The notes beneath the pieces were generated by a model. The model did no database searches and was not told the DNA's origin. It worked only from the letters and a program-made list of their open reading frames with translations. A DNA stretch of 64,000 nucleotides from Pirellulales bacterium (lineage in GTDB: Bacteria > Planctomycetota > Planctomycetia > Pirellulales > JAICIG01): contig JBBDYJ010000013.1 of NCBI GenBank assembly GCA_040901675.1, positions 64,001 to 128,000 of the forward strand. The letters run 5' to 3'. Positions 8,167 to 17,573 of the stretch are shown in pieces (position 1 is the first letter of the stretch; each line of letters opens with the position of its first letter). The position numbers were made by a program, and so were the translations under genes.

Positions 8167-9851
8167 TAGAGTTGATATCTCCCGACAGCCGCACGGAGTT
8201 GTTGGCTCTGTGCATTGAGGCTGGCAACTGCCCTTTCGAGCTGCAACGTCGACGCAGCCGTCTGTGAAGCGGCCTGGCGGATGTCCTGCATTCCTTGCGT
8301 CACCTGCTCGAAGCCGATCTGCTGCTGACTCGTAGCCCCGATGATCTGCTGGAAGGTCTGTACACTTTCCACCGTGGTTTCGGTCATCTGGCGAATGGTC
8401 TGTTCGGCCACGTCGGCCTGCTGTTTTCCCGCTTCCACTCGCTTCACCGCCTCCTCGGTCAGCATCACCGAACTGTTGATTCCCTTCTGGATCTCTCCCA
8501 GGATGTTGCGGACTTGCACGGTCGAGTCTTTGGCCTGGTCGGCCAGGTTCTTGATCTCATTGGCCACGACCGAGAATCGATTCCCCTGGTCGCCGGCAGC
8601 CGCAGCCTCAATGGCAGCGTTCAGGGCCAAGAGATTGGAACGCTCGGCAATATCGTTGACCGTGGCAATGATCTCCCCCACCGCTTGGGTCTTCTCGCTG
8701 AGAGAGACGATGTTTTCGGCCACCTCCTCGACCTGCTCGCGGATGGCTTCCATGGTGCCGTTGGTCTCCTGCACAGCCCTCAACCCTGAAGTGCTGGTCG
8801 TGGAAGTCAGTTCGGCAGCCGAGGCCACCTGTTGGGCCTTTTCGGAGATCTGCGAGCCGGATTGACGGACTTCTTCCATCGTGCTCGTGATCTCCTGGAC
8901 GGTTGCCGCCTGCTGCTTGGTGCCGGCTGCCTGTTGCTGCGTCGAGGCCAGAATCTCCGCGGCTGCGGCATTCAGGTTTCCGGTTACCGAGACCGTCTGG
9001 CCCGTCAAGTCTTTCAGCGTGTCGAGCATCTGGTTGAAGACAGCCGCTAATTGGCCGACTTCGTCTCCAGAAACATTCGTCACTTTCTGGACTCGCAGGT
9101 CCCCCTGGGAAATCCTTTGAGCGACACTCACCACGCTTGCTAGCGGGGTTATGACGCCGCGCGCAATCAGCCAACTAAAGACGCTTCCCAGCACCGCGAC
9201 GAGCACGCCAATGACCGTCTCCCATTGCATCATCGCCGCGATCTTGCTACGCGAGTGGGCCGATAGCAGTTTTACGGACTCATTAGATTGGACTTCGACC
9301 TGGTAGTTCAGATCCAGCAGTTCCTTCAAGGTCACGATAAAGCGCGGATTGTCCTCTTTAAGCTTCAGAAACTCGTCCCCCTTCGCCGCGAAGGCCTCCA
9401 GTGACTGCTTCTGTTCTACTAATGAGTCCCGGATTTCCGCGGTCGGAGCCGGAGGCACTTGCAACACTTCACCCGTTAGCAGGTTCTTGATCGGGCCACC
9501 GTTGAGCAGTGACTCAAGCGATTCATTCAGCACTTGGCGGGTCGCTTCGTAGTCAATGTTGCGCGTAATGTCCGTGGCGGTGGCTTTACCATTCAAGAGC
9601 GATAAAGATTGTTCCTGATCAGTTGCAAATTGCCGAGTCGCCAACACGAGCTGCGTCAATTGCCGCTGATTCAGCATCCGCTGGCGGCCGGCCATGTCGA
9701 CGACGAGCGAGTCCGATTGCTGGTCCTGCATTGTGGAGAGCGTATAGAGCAGGATCGTGGCAATCCCCAGGATGAATAGTGCGGGAATGGTAGCCAGCTT
9801 TCGCCCAACCCGCAAATCACGCCAGAAGGATCGCTGGAATTCGTTGGTCAT
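8166..9851 (-). CDS. Methyl-accepting chemotaxis protein with PilJ/NarX-like periplasmic sensor and HAMP
   Basis: Two TM helices, DMAGRQRMLNQR after TM1, HAMP (DEVGQLAAVFNQM), hairpin IAERSNLLALNAAIEAAAAG...FSVVANEIKNLA. Confidence 0.95.
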   Translation of the reverse strand: MTNEFQRSFWRDLRVGRKLATIPALFILGIATILLYTLSTMQDQQSDSLVVDMAGRQRMLNQRQLTQLVLATRQFATDQEQSLSLLNGKATATDITRNIDYEATRQVLNESLESLLNGGPIKNLLTGEVLQVPPAPTAEIRDSLVEQKQSLEAFAAKGDEFLKLKEDNPRFIVTLKELLDLNYQVEVQSNESVKLLSAHSRSKIAAMMQWETVIGVLVAVLGSVFSWLIARGVITPLASVVSVAQRISQGDLRVQKVTNVSGDEVGQLAAVFNQMLDTLKDLTGQTVSVTGNLNAAAAEILASTQQQAAGTKQQAATVQEITSTMEEVRQSGSQISEKAQQVASAAELTSTTSTSGLRAVQETNGTMEAIREQVEEVAENIVSLSEKTQAVGEIIATVNDIAERSNLLALNAAIEAAAAGDQGNRFSVVANEIKNLADQAKDSTVQVRNILGEIQKGINSSVMLTEEAVKRVEAGKQQADVAEQTIRQMTETTVESVQTFQQIIGATSQQQIGFEQVTQGMQDIRQAASQTAASTLQLERAVASLNAQSQQLRAAVGRYQL

Positions 9852-9896
9852 GTGATATCACCCTGTTCTGTGTAGGTGCCGAATTACAGTTGCAAT

Positions 9897-10577
9897 TCAT
9901 TCGCTGCTAAAGTGTCCCTCGGTCGCCATATCTGCCGCGCTCTTCCCGGTAAAAAGCGGGTGTGAGAGAATGGCTGATAGGTCGAGGACGATGAGCCGAT
10001 CCGGAGTTACCCCACGGACATATGGGTCGGGCAATGCGGCTCCCCCTTCGCCTGGTACCCTCAATGAGTCGAGCGAGACGAAGGCGATCCTCTCGACCCG
10101 ATCGACCCGCAGTCCCACTTCGACGCTCCCGCCACGCAGCATGGCGATGTAGCCCCCGGACCGCGGATCCGATTCGGGTCCAACGAGGCCCAAGATGCGG
10201 GACAAACTGGCGACTGGACGGATTTCGCCGCGCAGGTTGATCACACCCAGCAGCTCGAGTGGAGCACCAGGGGCGGGAGTGCAATTGGCAAACGCGAGCA
10301 CCTCGAGAACGCCTCCCAGTTCCAGACAGTACCGCTCTTGGCCAAGCGCAATGACCAGCGCGCGGAATCCTGCCTCGGCGCGTTGTGCGCTGTGCCGGCG
10401 TGCCAGTTGCAGAGACCGCCGATGGAAGATCGCTTGGACGCGTTGGTCGTCCGGAATGAAAGCTTTGTCGATGGCCTCTTGGCTCATCGCCAGACGGCGC
10501 TTCACTTCGACCCAGTCGATGCGTCGGGCCTTGGAGTTTATGAGTGGCACAGGACTTCCAGGTGCGTTTGAGTCCAT
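9897..10577 (-). CDS. cheW: CheW adaptor (WspD-like)
   Basis: ERYCLELGGVLEV...PGAPLELLGVINLRGEIRPV. Confidence 0.9.
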   Translation of the reverse strand: MDSNAPGSPVPLINSKARRIDWVEVKRRLAMSQEAIDKAFIPDDQRVQAIFHRRSLQLARRHSAQRAEAGFRALVIALGQERYCLELGGVLEVLAFANCTPAPGAPLELLGVINLRGEIRPVASLSRILGLVGPESDPRSGGYIAMLRGGSVEVGLRVDRVERIAFVSLDSLRVPGEGGAALPDPYVRGVTPDRLIVLDLSAILSHPLFTGKSAADMATEGHFSSE

Positions 10578-11989
10578 TGCTTGAGAGCGCCGACCGTCAG
10601 CCCGTCGGCATCGTTAAAGACTTGCTGGTCATCCATTTGATTCAAGAGCTTGATGGCATTCCGAAAGCAGCGCTGTGCCCCGGCCATATCGCGCCTCATT
10701 TGCAGCAACAATCCGAGGTGGTAGTGGGCCAGCACGAATCGCCGGTCCAAATAAATCGTTCGCCGCAGCGCTCGTTCGGTTTCGGCGTGCCGGCCCATCT
10801 GCTCCAGCACGAGAGCGTGATAGAAATGGACTGTGGGGTTGAGCTCATCGAGCGCGATCAACTCGTCGCAACTGCGCGCGGCCCCTTCCCACTGTGCACG
10901 ATCTGCTTTTGTCCGGATATCGGCCAGTCGCTCTGCGACGGCTGCCGGCCACGTTGTCGGCTGTTTCAGCGGGCCACAAACGAGAGGCCGGCGGTTGTGT
11001 TCTCGCTTCTCACCGCGCGACGACGTAGGGGCCGTCTGGTCCGAGGGCGTCACGCGATTCGTCGAGCCGCCAAGCTCGTTTCGGCCGCCGACGGCTCGAG
11101 GCGATTCGGCGACAACCGGGGCGGGTTGGCGCTTCTGGTAAAGTACCGCTCCGGGCACGTTCAACGTGCGGAAGGGTCGGAAGAGTTGGACGCAGGACTC
11201 GGCATGGCCAACCAGCAACCATCCGCCCTCGACAAGGCATTCGTGGAACTGCGCGATGATCCGGCTGACAATGTCGCGCTGGAAGTAGATCATTACATTG
11301 CGGCACAGGATCAAATCGAAGGCGGAGAGATTGTTCAGCAGCGAGGGGAACGGATGCTGCACAAGATTGTGGTATTGAAACGAGACGCCTTGCTTGAATT
11401 CAGGCTTCAGTGCCCAGAGCTTGCCTTCGGACGAAAAGCAGGCGCGTTTCACTTCTTCGCTGCCGGACCTGAAGGCCCAATCCGCGAATTCAGCTCGCTG
11501 CGCGCGGGCCAGAAACTCGCGATTGATGTCGGTCCCCACGATCGTCACATCCCATCCGGCCAGGAGATGCGCGAGTTCCGTTTTCAGGAGAATGGCGATC
11601 GAATAGGGTTCGGCGCCTGTGGCGCATCCGGCACTCCAGATCTTCAGACGGCGGCGCTGCTGTTGGCGTTCAATCAGCTCGGGAAGCACTCGGTCGCGCA
11701 GGGCATCAAACTGCTCGCGATGGCGGAAAAAGAAGGTCTCCCCGATCGTCAGCTCCGCGATCAGAGCGCTCCATTCCGTTTCCGCCGCCCCGCCATCCGA
11801 AAGCCGGTCCAGGTACTCCCCCACTTGCTTGAGGCCTAGCACGGCCAGCCGGCTTGCAATTCGTCCCGCCAGTTCCTCGTCTTGATTCAAGTAGTAAGCG
11901 AGTCCTGTCGTCTCGATGACGTAATCCTTGAACCGTCGATAGGCAGGATCGTTCATCAACGCCGCTGCAGAAATGGAAGAGGACGTCAC
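10538..11989 (-). CDS. cheR: CheR methyltransferase with C-terminal TPR (WspC-like)
   Basis: LTIGETFFFR, KIWSAGCATGAEPYS, GTDIN, DLILCRNVMIYF, TPR tail. GTG start overlaps the cheW stop (GTGA). Confidence 0.94.
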   Translation of the reverse strand: MTSSSISAAALMNDPAYRRFKDYVIETTGLAYYLNQDEELAGRIASRLAVLGLKQVGEYLDRLSDGGAAETEWSALIAELTIGETFFFRHREQFDALRDRVLPELIERQQQRRRLKIWSAGCATGAEPYSIAILLKTELAHLLAGWDVTIVGTDINREFLARAQRAEFADWAFRSGSEEVKRACFSSEGKLWALKPEFKQGVSFQYHNLVQHPFPSLLNNLSAFDLILCRNVMIYFQRDIVSRIIAQFHECLVEGGWLLVGHAESCVQLFRPFRTLNVPGAVLYQKRQPAPVVAESPRAVGGRNELGGSTNRVTPSDQTAPTSSRGEKREHNRRPLVCGPLKQPTTWPAAVAERLADIRTKADRAQWEGAARSCDELIALDELNPTVHFYHALVLEQMGRHAETERALRRTIYLDRRFVLAHYHLGLLLQMRRDMAGAQRCFRNAIKLLNQMDDQQVFNDADGLTVGALKQWTQTHLEVLCHS

Positions 11990-12525
11990 AGTGCGCCACC
12001 CTCCAGTTCGGCCAGCCGCGCTTGTTGCAGGGCTGCCAAATCGGCCAGACGTTGCTGCTCGGTCCTTAATAGCAGGCGGTCCGGAGATAGGATAATGATG
12101 TGAGAGTCCTCGACCATTGCCACACCCACCGCACACTCATTGAACGAGCAATTCTCTGGAACGGGCAGGATACAGCTTTCGGCAATACCAAGAATGCACG
12201 CGTCCTCCACCATAACGGCGAGCGGAAGGCCGACGTTCTGCAGAACCAGAATCGGTGTGTACAGGCGGATTGCCTGATTTGGCGCGGAGAAAAGTTGATC
12301 CAACCGGAGCACGGCAACTGCCAATCCGGCGAGATTGAAAAAGCCTGCCAGCACCGACGGCAACCCAGGTGGCCGCGAGAGCAGAGGCATGGAAACGATT
12401 TCCTTCACGGCTGAGAGGGGGATCCCATAGGCTTGCCCGGCCAAACGAAAAACCACCAGTTGCCGGCTCGTCGGAGACGACCGCCCAGCCATGTTGAGAG
12501 CGGGCGCAGTTTCCAGAGCGTTCAT
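11986..12525 (-). CDS. cheW: CheW adaptor (WspB-like)
   Basis: LVVFRLAGQAYGIPLSAVKEIV...PGLPSVLAGFFNLAG. Start placed at ATG 12525. Confidence 0.9.
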   Translation of the reverse strand: MNALETAPALNMAGRSSPTSRQLVVFRLAGQAYGIPLSAVKEIVSMPLLSRPPGLPSVLAGFFNLAGLAVAVLRLDQLFSAPNQAIRLYTPILVLQNVGLPLAVMVEDACILGIAESCILPVPENCSFNECAVGVAMVEDSHIIILSPDRLLLRTEQQRLADLAALQQARLAELEGGAL

Positions 12526-13043
12526 ATTTCGATCCGCAATGAGGTCGATTCCGCACAACCGTGTCTTCCGCTCGATCGGCCCTGGACGGACGATCCGGTA
12601 GGCTTTTAAATAATCGCTGCTCCTGGCACGGCAGGCCTGCGTGACAGCCCGAGCACCTGGCAACAGATACGACGTGAATGGGCTGCGGGCAAATTGTGAA
12701 CAGGGAACGGCCGAAAGTAGACGTGTTGCCGATTCTCACCCTTCCAAGCCGATCAGCGTCTGCCTGCCTTTCTCTCATATCCGCTGTAATCGGACGATGG
12801 GCTAAACCGCCATCCCTTTAGAGCTGTTCAGTCCTGTGGACCCTTTGGCGATGATTGACCGGTCCTGGAACGGGACCTAGCCTTTTGCGCGGTTTCAGCG
12901 GAGGCGCCGCGCCGACGTTCCCCCCAGCGCGGACGCTTGCGCTGGAGGGCCAGCGCGGAATCGCGGTCGCTCTCGGGTTCGGGAGACGGCTTTGGAACAA
13001 CCTCGTTCCGCAGCGTCTCCGAGCGCCTCGCGGGTAAGGCAGC

Positions 13044-13172
13044 ATGAATCTGACCATCTTCAGGAAGGGGTTGATCCTTGTCACCCTGCCCCTGCTGTTC
13101 CAGTTAGTGTTCGTGGGCCTCGTGGCGCGAATGCAGTCGGAACCGCGGGGCAAAACAACACTTCGGAACTGA
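13044..13172 (+). pseudogene. 42-codon remnant of a membrane sensor histidine kinase (N-terminal TM only)
   Basis: MNLTIFRKGLILVTLPLLFQLVFVGLVARMQSEPRGKTTLRN-stop resembles the N-termini of CHASE3-type kinases. It ends just before the GGAGGAG RBS of the receiver gene. Not in the ORF track. Confidence 0.6.
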
Positions 13173-13187
13173 AATGGGAGGAGATCC

Positions 13188-13637
13188 ATGGCGAGCGGAC
13201 CGTTGGTCATTGTGTTAGCGGAAGATGACGAGGGGCATGCCTGCCTGGTGCAGCGCAACCTGTCGCGCGCCGGTATTGCCAACGAAATCGTCCACGTGAA
13301 AGACGGCCAGGCGGCCCTGGATTACGTGCGCCGGGAAGGGGAATTCGCCCGCCGCAATTCGAATGGGTCACTGCTGCTGGTGCTGGATGTCAACATGCCG
13401 CGTTTGGACGGGGTTGAGGTGCTGGCCCAGATCAAGGCCGATCCGACCCGCGCTCGAATACCGATCATCATGCTGACGACCACCGACGACCCGCGCGAAG
13501 TCGAGCGCTGCTACCAGCTCGGCTGCAGCGTCTATATCACCAAGCCGGTGGAATACGATCAGTTCGTGGAAGCGGTCAGGCGGCTCGGGTTGCTGCTACA
13601 GATCGTGCAGGTGCCTTGCGAGAACAGCGACCATTGA
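13188..13637 (+). CDS. Single-domain response regulator (Rcp1-like)
   Basis: LAEDDEGH...LDVNMPRLDG...MLTTTDDPREVERCYQLGCSVYITKP; strong RBS. Confidence 0.93.
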   Translation: MASGPLVIVLAEDDEGHACLVQRNLSRAGIANEIVHVKDGQAALDYVRREGEFARRNSNGSLLLVLDVNMPRLDGVEVLAQIKADPTRARIPIIMLTTTDDPREVERCYQLGCSVYITKPVEYDQFVEAVRRLGLLLQIVQVPCENSDH

Positions 13638-13648
13638 AGGACCCCGTC

Positions 13649-15589
13649 ATGGCCAACAGCGCAATCGGCACGGTCTTGATCGTGGAGGACGACGCGGGCG
13701 TGGCTTATCTGCAGTCGCGCTGCCTGGAGCGGGCCGGATACCACGTGGTCACGGCGACGACTGCCGATGAGGCGATGGAGCGCCTGCGGCTGCACGGCGA
13801 CATGAAGCTCGTCGTGCTCGACTATTGCCTGCCAGGCGCCGTGACGGGGCTCGATCTGCACGCCCAGTTGAAGGCCGCGGGCTACGATCTGCCGGTGATC
13901 ATGGTCACGGCATTCACCGAAGAGGCGACGGTGATCAGGGCGCTGCGAGCGGGCGTACGCGACTTTGTGTCCAAATCGGCCGAGTACCTGGACTACTTGC
14001 CGGCCGCGGTCCAGCGGGTCCTCGAACAGGCCACGCTCGAACGGCGCTTGGCCGAGTCGGAAGCCCGTTTTCAGTTGTTCATGGACAACAGCCCCGCGGT
14101 CGCTTTTATCAAGGACGAGCAGGGGCGGCTGGTCTACGCGAACAAGCGTTTTGAGCATTCGTTCAACCGGACCGACTGGCTCGGCAAGAGCGACTCGGAG
14201 CTCTGGCCGGCCGAAACGGCCCGGCAGCTCCGGGAGAACGACGCCGCGGTTCTCTCGGCCGGCCTGGCCGCCGAGCTGGTGGAGTCGACCCTGATGCCAG
14301 ATGGGCGGGTCCGTCACTGGCTGTCCTACAAGTTTCCGATCCGCGACGACTCCGGCCAGCGCCTGCTGGGCGGCATGGCGATCGACGTCACGGAGCGCAA
14401 AGAGGCCGAAGCCGCCGTGCAAAAGCGGGACGGACAACTGCGCCAGGCGCAAAAGATGGAAGCCATCGGCACGCTGGCCGGCGGCGTGGCCCACGAGTTC
14501 AACAACCTGCTGCAAGCGGTGCAGGGCTATACCCGCTATGCCATGGAGGGCCTCGAGGCCCAGAGCCAGCCGTATCAGGACCTGGAACAGGTGCTCAAGG
14601 CGGCCGACCGGGCGGCGATGCTCACGAAGCAGCTCCTGGGCTTCGGGCGAAGGCAGGAAGGCCAGTTCATCGACGTGCAGCCGAACTTGCTGGTGCAGGA
14701 GCTGCTGAAGATGATCCGCCCGCTGATCGGCGAAAACATCACGGTCAAGGTGGTTCTGGGCACCGACGTCGCAACCGTCCACGCCGATCCGGGGCACTTG
14801 CAGCAGGTGCTGATGAACTTGTGCGTGAATGCCCGCGATGCGATGCCCGAGGGGGGCACGCTGTTGGTCAAGACCGAGAACCTGGTGCTGGGCGACTCCC
14901 GCGAGTTGTATCCCGGCATGGGCCCGGGCCGCTACCTGGCGTTGACCGTCGCCGATACCGGCTGCGGCATTGCCCCCGAGCACAAGGACCATATTTTCGA
15001 ACCTTTCTTTACGAGCAAGGAAGTCGGCAAGGGCACCGGGCTGGGCCTGGCCGTGGCTTACGGCATCGTGCAAGGGCACGGTGGCGTGATCCGGGTGTAC
15101 AGCGAGTTGGGGCTGGGCAGCACGTTCAAGGTCTATCTGCCGGCCGTCGGTCGGGACGCGACGATCGAGCGGCCCGATTGTGCGAGCCGGCCGGCCGGCG
15201 GCATTGAGACGATCCTGGTGGCCGAAGACGAGCCGATGGTGCGGGACCTGACGGTTCGAACGCTGCAATCGGCCGGTTACCAGACGCTCACCGCTCAAGA
15301 CGGGGAGGAGGCGGTCGATGTATTCCGGCGGAACGCGGACAAGATCTCCCTGGCCCTGCTCGACGTCGTCATGCCACGCCTCAGCGGACGCCAGGTGTAC
15401 CAGCGGATCAAGGAGGTCAAGCCGGCCGTTCAAGTGCTCTTCTGCAGCGGCTACGACCCCCACAGCGGTCAGGCCGACTTCATCGCCAACGACGGCCTGC
15501 GGCTGGTCCAAAAGCCGATCGCGCCCGACGTGCTGTTGCAAACCATCCGCGAGGTGCTGGATCAGGAGGCGGCATGCCAGGCGACCTGA
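13649..15589 (+). CDS. Hybrid histidine kinase REC-PAS-HisKA-HATPase-REC
   Basis: [37 protein letters not shown], flanking REC domains and a PAS domain. Confidence 0.93.
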   Translation: MANSAIGTVLIVEDDAGVAYLQSRCLERAGYHVVTATTADEAMERLRLHGDMKLVVLDYCLPGAVTGLDLHAQLKAAGYDLPVIMVTAFTEEATVIRALRAGVRDFVSKSAEYLDYLPAAVQRVLEQATLERRLAESEARFQLFMDNSPAVAFIKDEQGRLVYANKRFEHSFNRTDWLGKSDSELWPAETARQLRENDAAVLSAGLAAELVESTLMPDGRVRHWLSYKFPIRDDSGQRLLGGMAIDVTERKEAEAAVQKRDGQLRQAQKMEAIGTLAGGVAHEFNNLLQAVQGYTRYAMEGLEAQSQPYQDLEQVLKAADRAAMLTKQLLGFGRRQEGQFIDVQPNLLVQELLKMIRPLIGENITVKVVLGTDVATVHADPGHLQQVLMNLCVNARDAMPEGGTLLVKTENLVLGDSRELYPGMGPGRYLALTVADTGCGIAPEHKDHIFEPFFTSKEVGKGTGLGLAVAYGIVQGHGGVIRVYSELGLGSTFKVYLPAVGRDATIERPDCASRPAGGIETILVAEDEPMVRDLTVRTLQSAGYQTLTAQDGEEAVDVFRRNADKISLALLDVVMPRLSGRQVYQRIKEVKPAVQVLFCSGYDPHSGQADFIANDGLRLVQKPIAPDVLLQTIREVLDQEAACQAT

Positions 15590-16683
15590 TCGAAGCATCC
15601 GCGGAGCCTTCGACCATTCTCGTGGTGGATGACGAGCCGGTGGTCCGCGGCCTGCTCGGCCGCTGGATCGTCGGCGCGGGCTATCACTGCGCCCAGGCCG
15701 GTGACGCGCGGGCCGCCTGGGATTGCCTGCAGTCGGGCGGCGTCGATCTGGTGATGTCGGACATCAACATGCCGGGCGAATCGGGCGTGGAGCTGCTGGT
15801 TCGAACGAAGCAGGCTTTTCCCGATACGCCGATTCTGATGCTCACCGCCCTGGGCTCGGCGCGCGCGGCCATCGACGCGCTGACCGCGGGAGCGTGCGGC
15901 TACCTGATCAAACCCGTAGAACGCGAAGAGCTGCTGTTTCAGGTCCGGCAGGGCCTGGAGCGGCGCCAACTGCTCCTCGACCGGCGCCGCTACGTGGAAA
16001 GCCTGCAGCGGCGAGTGCAGGAGCAAACGCTTGCCGTTCGCCAGGCGCACGAGGAAACCATCCACCGGCTGCTGACCGCCACCATGTACCGCGACGAAGA
16101 GACCGGCGCCCACATTCGGCGGACCGGATTGTTCAGCGAGGTGCTGGCGCTGGCGGCCGGCTGGGCGCGAGGCGAGGCGGAGCGGCTTCGCATGGCGGCC
16201 CCGATGCACGACGTAGGCAAGATCGGCATTCCCGACAACGTGCTCTTGAAGCCGGGCAAATTGACGCTGGATGAATATGAGGTGATGAAGCGGCACACGC
16301 TCATCGGCGGCCGGCTGCTGGCAGGATCTTCCTCCTCGGTGCTCCAGATGGCCCAACAGATCGCCCTGAACCACCACGAGCGGTGGGACGGCACGGGCTA
16401 CCCCTGCGGCGTGAAGGGAATCGCCATCCCCGAATGCGCCCGCATCGTGTCGGTGGTCGACGTCTATGACGCGCTGACCCACGATCGCGTCTACCGGCCT
16501 GCTTTCCCCCAGGAGCAGGCGCTGGAGCTGATACACCAAGGCATGGGGACGCAGTTCGATCCCGTGCTGCTGGCCTCTTTCTTTACGGTGATCGACGAAC
16601 TGGAAAGGATCGGGCAGTTGCACCCGGATCACCCGCCGGGCGAAGCTGCGCTGGCCGGGGCGGCCGGGACCGCCGTGATCTGA
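15574..16683 (+). CDS. REC-HD-GYP cyclic-di-GMP phosphodiesterase (RpfG-like)
   Basis: RDEETGAH, MHDVGKIGIPD, HHERWDGTGYP, DVYDALT, RVYR. Confidence 0.93.
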   Translation: MPGDLIEASAEPSTILVVDDEPVVRGLLGRWIVGAGYHCAQAGDARAAWDCLQSGGVDLVMSDINMPGESGVELLVRTKQAFPDTPILMLTALGSARAAIDALTAGACGYLIKPVEREELLFQVRQGLERRQLLLDRRRYVESLQRRVQEQTLAVRQAHEETIHRLLTATMYRDEETGAHIRRTGLFSEVLALAAGWARGEAERLRMAAPMHDVGKIGIPDNVLLKPGKLTLDEYEVMKRHTLIGGRLLAGSSSSVLQMAQQIALNHHERWDGTGYPCGVKGIAIPECARIVSVVDVYDALTHDRVYRPAFPQEQALELIHQGMGTQFDPVLLASFFTVIDELERIGQLHPDHPPGEAALAGAAGTAVI

Positions 16684-17504
16684 CCCTGACCGTCGATCTG
16701 GAAGACGGCCTTGGCCTGGGGGTCGGCTACGAAGAGCTTGTCGCCTCGCCAGGCAAGACCCACGGGCCCCACCAGCGGCTTGCCGCTCGCCCAGGACGCG
16801 GGCTTGCCTGCCCGATCGAGCTTCCAGATGGTCTTGGCATAGTTGTCGCTGATGTAGACGTTGCCCTGGGAGTCGATGGCGATGTCGTGGGCAAACTGGA
16901 AGGCCCGCCCCTTGATCACGGTTTCGACCTTGCCGGCCGCCGTTACGCGCAGCAGCTCGTTGTCGCCCCGCGAGACCACCCACAGCCGGCCGTCTTGGTC
17001 GAGGGCGACGCCCCGCGGAGCCGGCACGTCGGCGAACTTTTCGGGTTTTCCTCCCCCGGCCGGCACCTTCCAGATGCAGTGCAGCTCCAGGTCCGAAACC
17101 AGCAGGTCGCCCGCCTCGGTGACGGCGATGCCCATGGGGATGCCGATTCCTCCTCCCGTCAATGGTTCGGCCTTGCCATCGGCGTCAAAGCGGTACACTT
17201 CGCGGGTGGCGCTGTCACCGACCAGCACTCGGCCTTCGCGATCGACCGCGATCGAGCGCGGGGCGTTGAGCGGCGTGCGCAACTGCTTGGATCCTTGAAA
17301 AAACAAGGCCCGCTTGCCATCTTCGATCTGCCAGATGCCCGGCAGGTTCCGGTCGACGATGAACAGCGTCTGCTCGCGCGCGGCGATGGCCAACGGGTAT
17401 TGCATCTCCTGGCCCAGGCCCAAAGTCGGCTGCAACCAGCCGGCCAAGGCCGTCAACACAGCAGCGCCAAAGAACCGTGGAGGATGGAATCGATCAGGCG
17501 ACAT
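16629..17504 (-). CDS. Secreted NHL-repeat beta-propeller protein
   Basis: Signal peptide and repeats PRSIAVD..G, PMGIAVT..G, PRGVALD..G, AHDIAID..G, PVGLAW. Confidence 0.85.
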   Translation of the reverse strand: MSPDRFHPPRFFGAAVLTALAGWLQPTLGLGQEMQYPLAIAAREQTLFIVDRNLPGIWQIEDGKRALFFQGSKQLRTPLNAPRSIAVDREGRVLVGDSATREVYRFDADGKAEPLTGGGIGIPMGIAVTEAGDLLVSDLELHCIWKVPAGGGKPEKFADVPAPRGVALDQDGRLWVVSRGDNELLRVTAAGKVETVIKGRAFQFAHDIAIDSQGNVYISDNYAKTIWKLDRAGKPASWASGKPLVGPVGLAWRGDKLFVADPQAKAVFQIDGQGQITAVPAAPASAASPGG

Positions 17505-17573
17505 GGGACAGTACCTTCGCTGGATTCGAAAATGTTAAGCAATGAAAGCCACGTTGTTAAGGCCCGGTTGACT

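Noticed and set aside
12600..13040. Possible sigma54 promoters in the divergent intergenic region
   Set aside because: The TGGCACG and TGGAACG candidates do not have GC at the required -12 spacing.
13559..15598. Long antisense or alternate-frame ORFs (e.g. 13559-15598 -, 30749-32740 +, 33405-36212 +, 44766-46898 +, 26943-28517 -)
   Set aside because: Shadow ORFs of well-supported genes in high-GC DNA, with no motifs of their own.
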